A DNA stretch of 58,357 nucleotides, the filler included, from Globobulimina sp. (taxonomy: Eukaryota), in the NCBI GenBank assembly GCA_003354225.1. It is 6 parts of 6 records of this genome, joined end to end, with 100 filler letters (N's around TTAATTAATTAA, not from the genome) between each part and the next. Parts side by side here need not be neighbours in the genome. Positions count along the whole stretch, not along the records: positions 48,897 to 58,357 come from PIVH01000041.1; 5 more parts are not named here. The stretch is one strand, 5' to 3'. Below, piece after piece: positions 56,628 to 58,357 of this stretch; within the stretch, counting starts at the first letter, position 1; each line of letters starts with the position of its first letter. A model generated the notes under the pieces. The model saw only the letters and a list, made by a program, of their open reading frames with translations, did no database searches and was not told the DNA's origin. Position numbers and translations under genes: made by a program.

Positions 56628-57704
56628 ATGTCAGCCTCGCAACTACTTCACCACATCATCGACACATTTGAAGTGGACAGATATCCCTTGGTCTCCATCG
56701 TGCTGCCAATGTACAACACACAAAATTACATTTGCTTCTCCGTCGACTCAATAATACAGCAAACCTATTTGAATTGGGAATTAATAATAATTGATGACGG
56801 ATCGACAGATAATTCACTCGATATCGTACAATCCAAATATGTGAATAATAATAATAACAATAACACAAATATTAAACTAATATCTCTGACACAAAATGTT
56901 GGCATTGTCAAGGCATTAAATATCGGCATAGCTGCCTGTCATCCAAACAGCGCATACATCGCCAGAATGGATGGTGATGATATTTCAGCATCGAATCGGA
57001 TTGAAAGACAAGTTCAGTTTATGCTCAATAATCCAAATATTCATGTCTTAGGAACTGCAGTTTCCATATTTGACTCTGAAAATGGCACTACATTAAAAAG
57101 CATAAATTACAAATGCTTTACCACATTATCTATAAAATGGTGTTCTTTATTTTTTTGTCCCATGAATCATCCCACCATTTTATGGCGAAAAGTAAATGGC
57201 GAAAATATTCAATATAATGAGTCATATAAACACTGCGAAGATTATCATTTATGGCTTACTTTATTATTCCAACAAAAGTACGAGTTTGCAAATCTAAATG
57301 GTTCCTATTTAAAATTACGAAAACATTCCAATAATATTTCAAACAAATACCGCAAGCAACAGAGCACCGCTTCAATACAATTAATTTATGATTATATCTC
57401 ACAAAAACTACTCAAACATCAACAAATATCAATGGACACAATCCGCTGTATACGCAATCCCAAAACAATTGAATCTGTGTCGATGTTTACAAAATGTTAT
57501 CATTTATTGCAAGAATGGCAAGAATTTGTTTTGCGAGATGTTGCGAATAAAAATGATGTGATGTTTATTAAAAATGACTGCGATGCGAGAATGGCAGAAT
57601 TAATCTCATTTTGTATGCGCTTCAATGTGATGGCCGCAATGGAAATGATTCAAAAATGGAAGTTAAGGAAACCAAATAAAAAATTAATCGAAAATATTTT
57701 GTAA
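56628..57704 (+). CDS. Family 2 glycosyltransferase (GT-A)
   Basis: VSIVLPMYN, IDDGSTD, YIARMDGDD (DxD) and EDYHLW. Confidence 0.92.
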   Translation: MSASQLLHHIIDTFEVDRYPLVSIVLPMYNTQNYICFSVDSIIQQTYLNWELIIIDDGSTDNSLDIVQSKYVNNNNNNNTNIKLISLTQNVGIVKALNIGIAACHPNSAYIARMDGDDISASNRIERQVQFMLNNPNIHVLGTAVSIFDSENGTTLKSINYKCFTTLSIKWCSLFFCPMNHPTILWRKVNGENIQYNESYKHCEDYHLWLTLLFQQKYEFANLNGSYLKLRKHSNNISNKYRKQQSTASIQLIYDYISQKLLKHQQISMDTIRCIRNPKTIESVSMFTKCYHLLQEWQEFVLRDVANKNDVMFIKNDCDARMAELISFCMRFNVMAAMEMIQKWKLRKPNKKLIENIL

Positions 57705-57942
57705 TTATATAAATATTGAAAAACTTGAGAGTTGTTTTGTGTTTCTGTCAAGAGTTGAAATGATGATTGCATTCAGCAATAAAGCGTTTGTTATAAATTT
57801 GTATTAATATTTATATTTAAATTGGCACCAAACAACACACTGCATTCAGGAAATAAGAATAATAAAAAAAAGAAAAAAATATTAATCAGTAATAATTAGT
57901 TGTTCCCATAGCCGTGTTCCTGGTGTAATTTATTTGTATGAA

Positions 57943-58357
57943 TCACATTTTCCTTTTTTTAGTTGGAGGATTATCAAAATGTCCGCCTCTTTTATTGTTT
58001 TCTTTATTACCATCATCTGTAAATATCTCACCATTTGTTGATGAATAATTTGTCATTTGATATGGTTGCGGTGTTATCGCCGTAAAATTATATTGTTGTT
58101 GATGATGATAAGGCGGCGATCTCGATATGACAGTATTCCCACCGAATGGTGTATTATTGAATGGTAATTCTGTCGCTGTTATGTTAATATGTATATATTT
58201 ATAAATGTAAACGGAAACATTATTATAACATACACCGATTTGTCTGAAACCCATCCGGAAAATCTGGAGATATCGACGTGTTTGGTGTCGCTGGTGAACC
58301 TAAAAAATTGTTTTGTGTTGTTGTGGTTGATGTGTTTGAATGTATTGAATTAATTTG
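57943..58357 (-). CDS. 3' end of a hypothetical low-complexity nuclear protein; 5' truncated
   Basis: Open frame from the window end, intron 58233-58176, ends PPTKKRKM (NLS-like). Confidence 0.55.

Overview
This is AT-rich, very gene-dense eukaryotic (protist) nuclear DNA. It is not one locus: six unrelated contigs of about 9.5-9.8 kb (1-9761, 9862-19601, 19702-29367, 29468-39130, 39231-48796, 48897-58357) are joined by artificial N44-TTAATTAATTAA-N44 linkers. I can reconstruct about 32 protein genes using the standard code and short GT-AG introns (mostly 53-73 nt). Gene content and style suggest a rhizarian such as a foraminiferan, which is inference. Genes include Sec61alpha, VPS13, DNAJC11, NIPBL/Scc2, a NOT4-like protein, a MAPK, a PX-AGC kinase, a HECT E3, TMEM151, an acid ceramidase/NAAA, transporters, two receptor-enzyme fusions (7TM-TKL kinase and GPCR-PIPK) and three PPR proteins. 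The most notable observations are: (1) two near-identical introns at unrelated positions of one gene, each flanked by ATAGT direct repeats (Introner-like intron gain); (2) a long PPR-E-DYW deaminase with an intact catalytic motif, implying organellar C-to-U editing in a non-plant; (3) a ZP-module-like membrane protein with a furin-like site; (4) a recurrent non-coding motif (TGA)GTGCAAGGAT; (5) tandem UPRE-like sites at the Sec61alpha promoter; (6) two divergent genes whose start codons overlap in one CATG. I found no rRNA, tRNA, CRISPR array or autonomous transposon.
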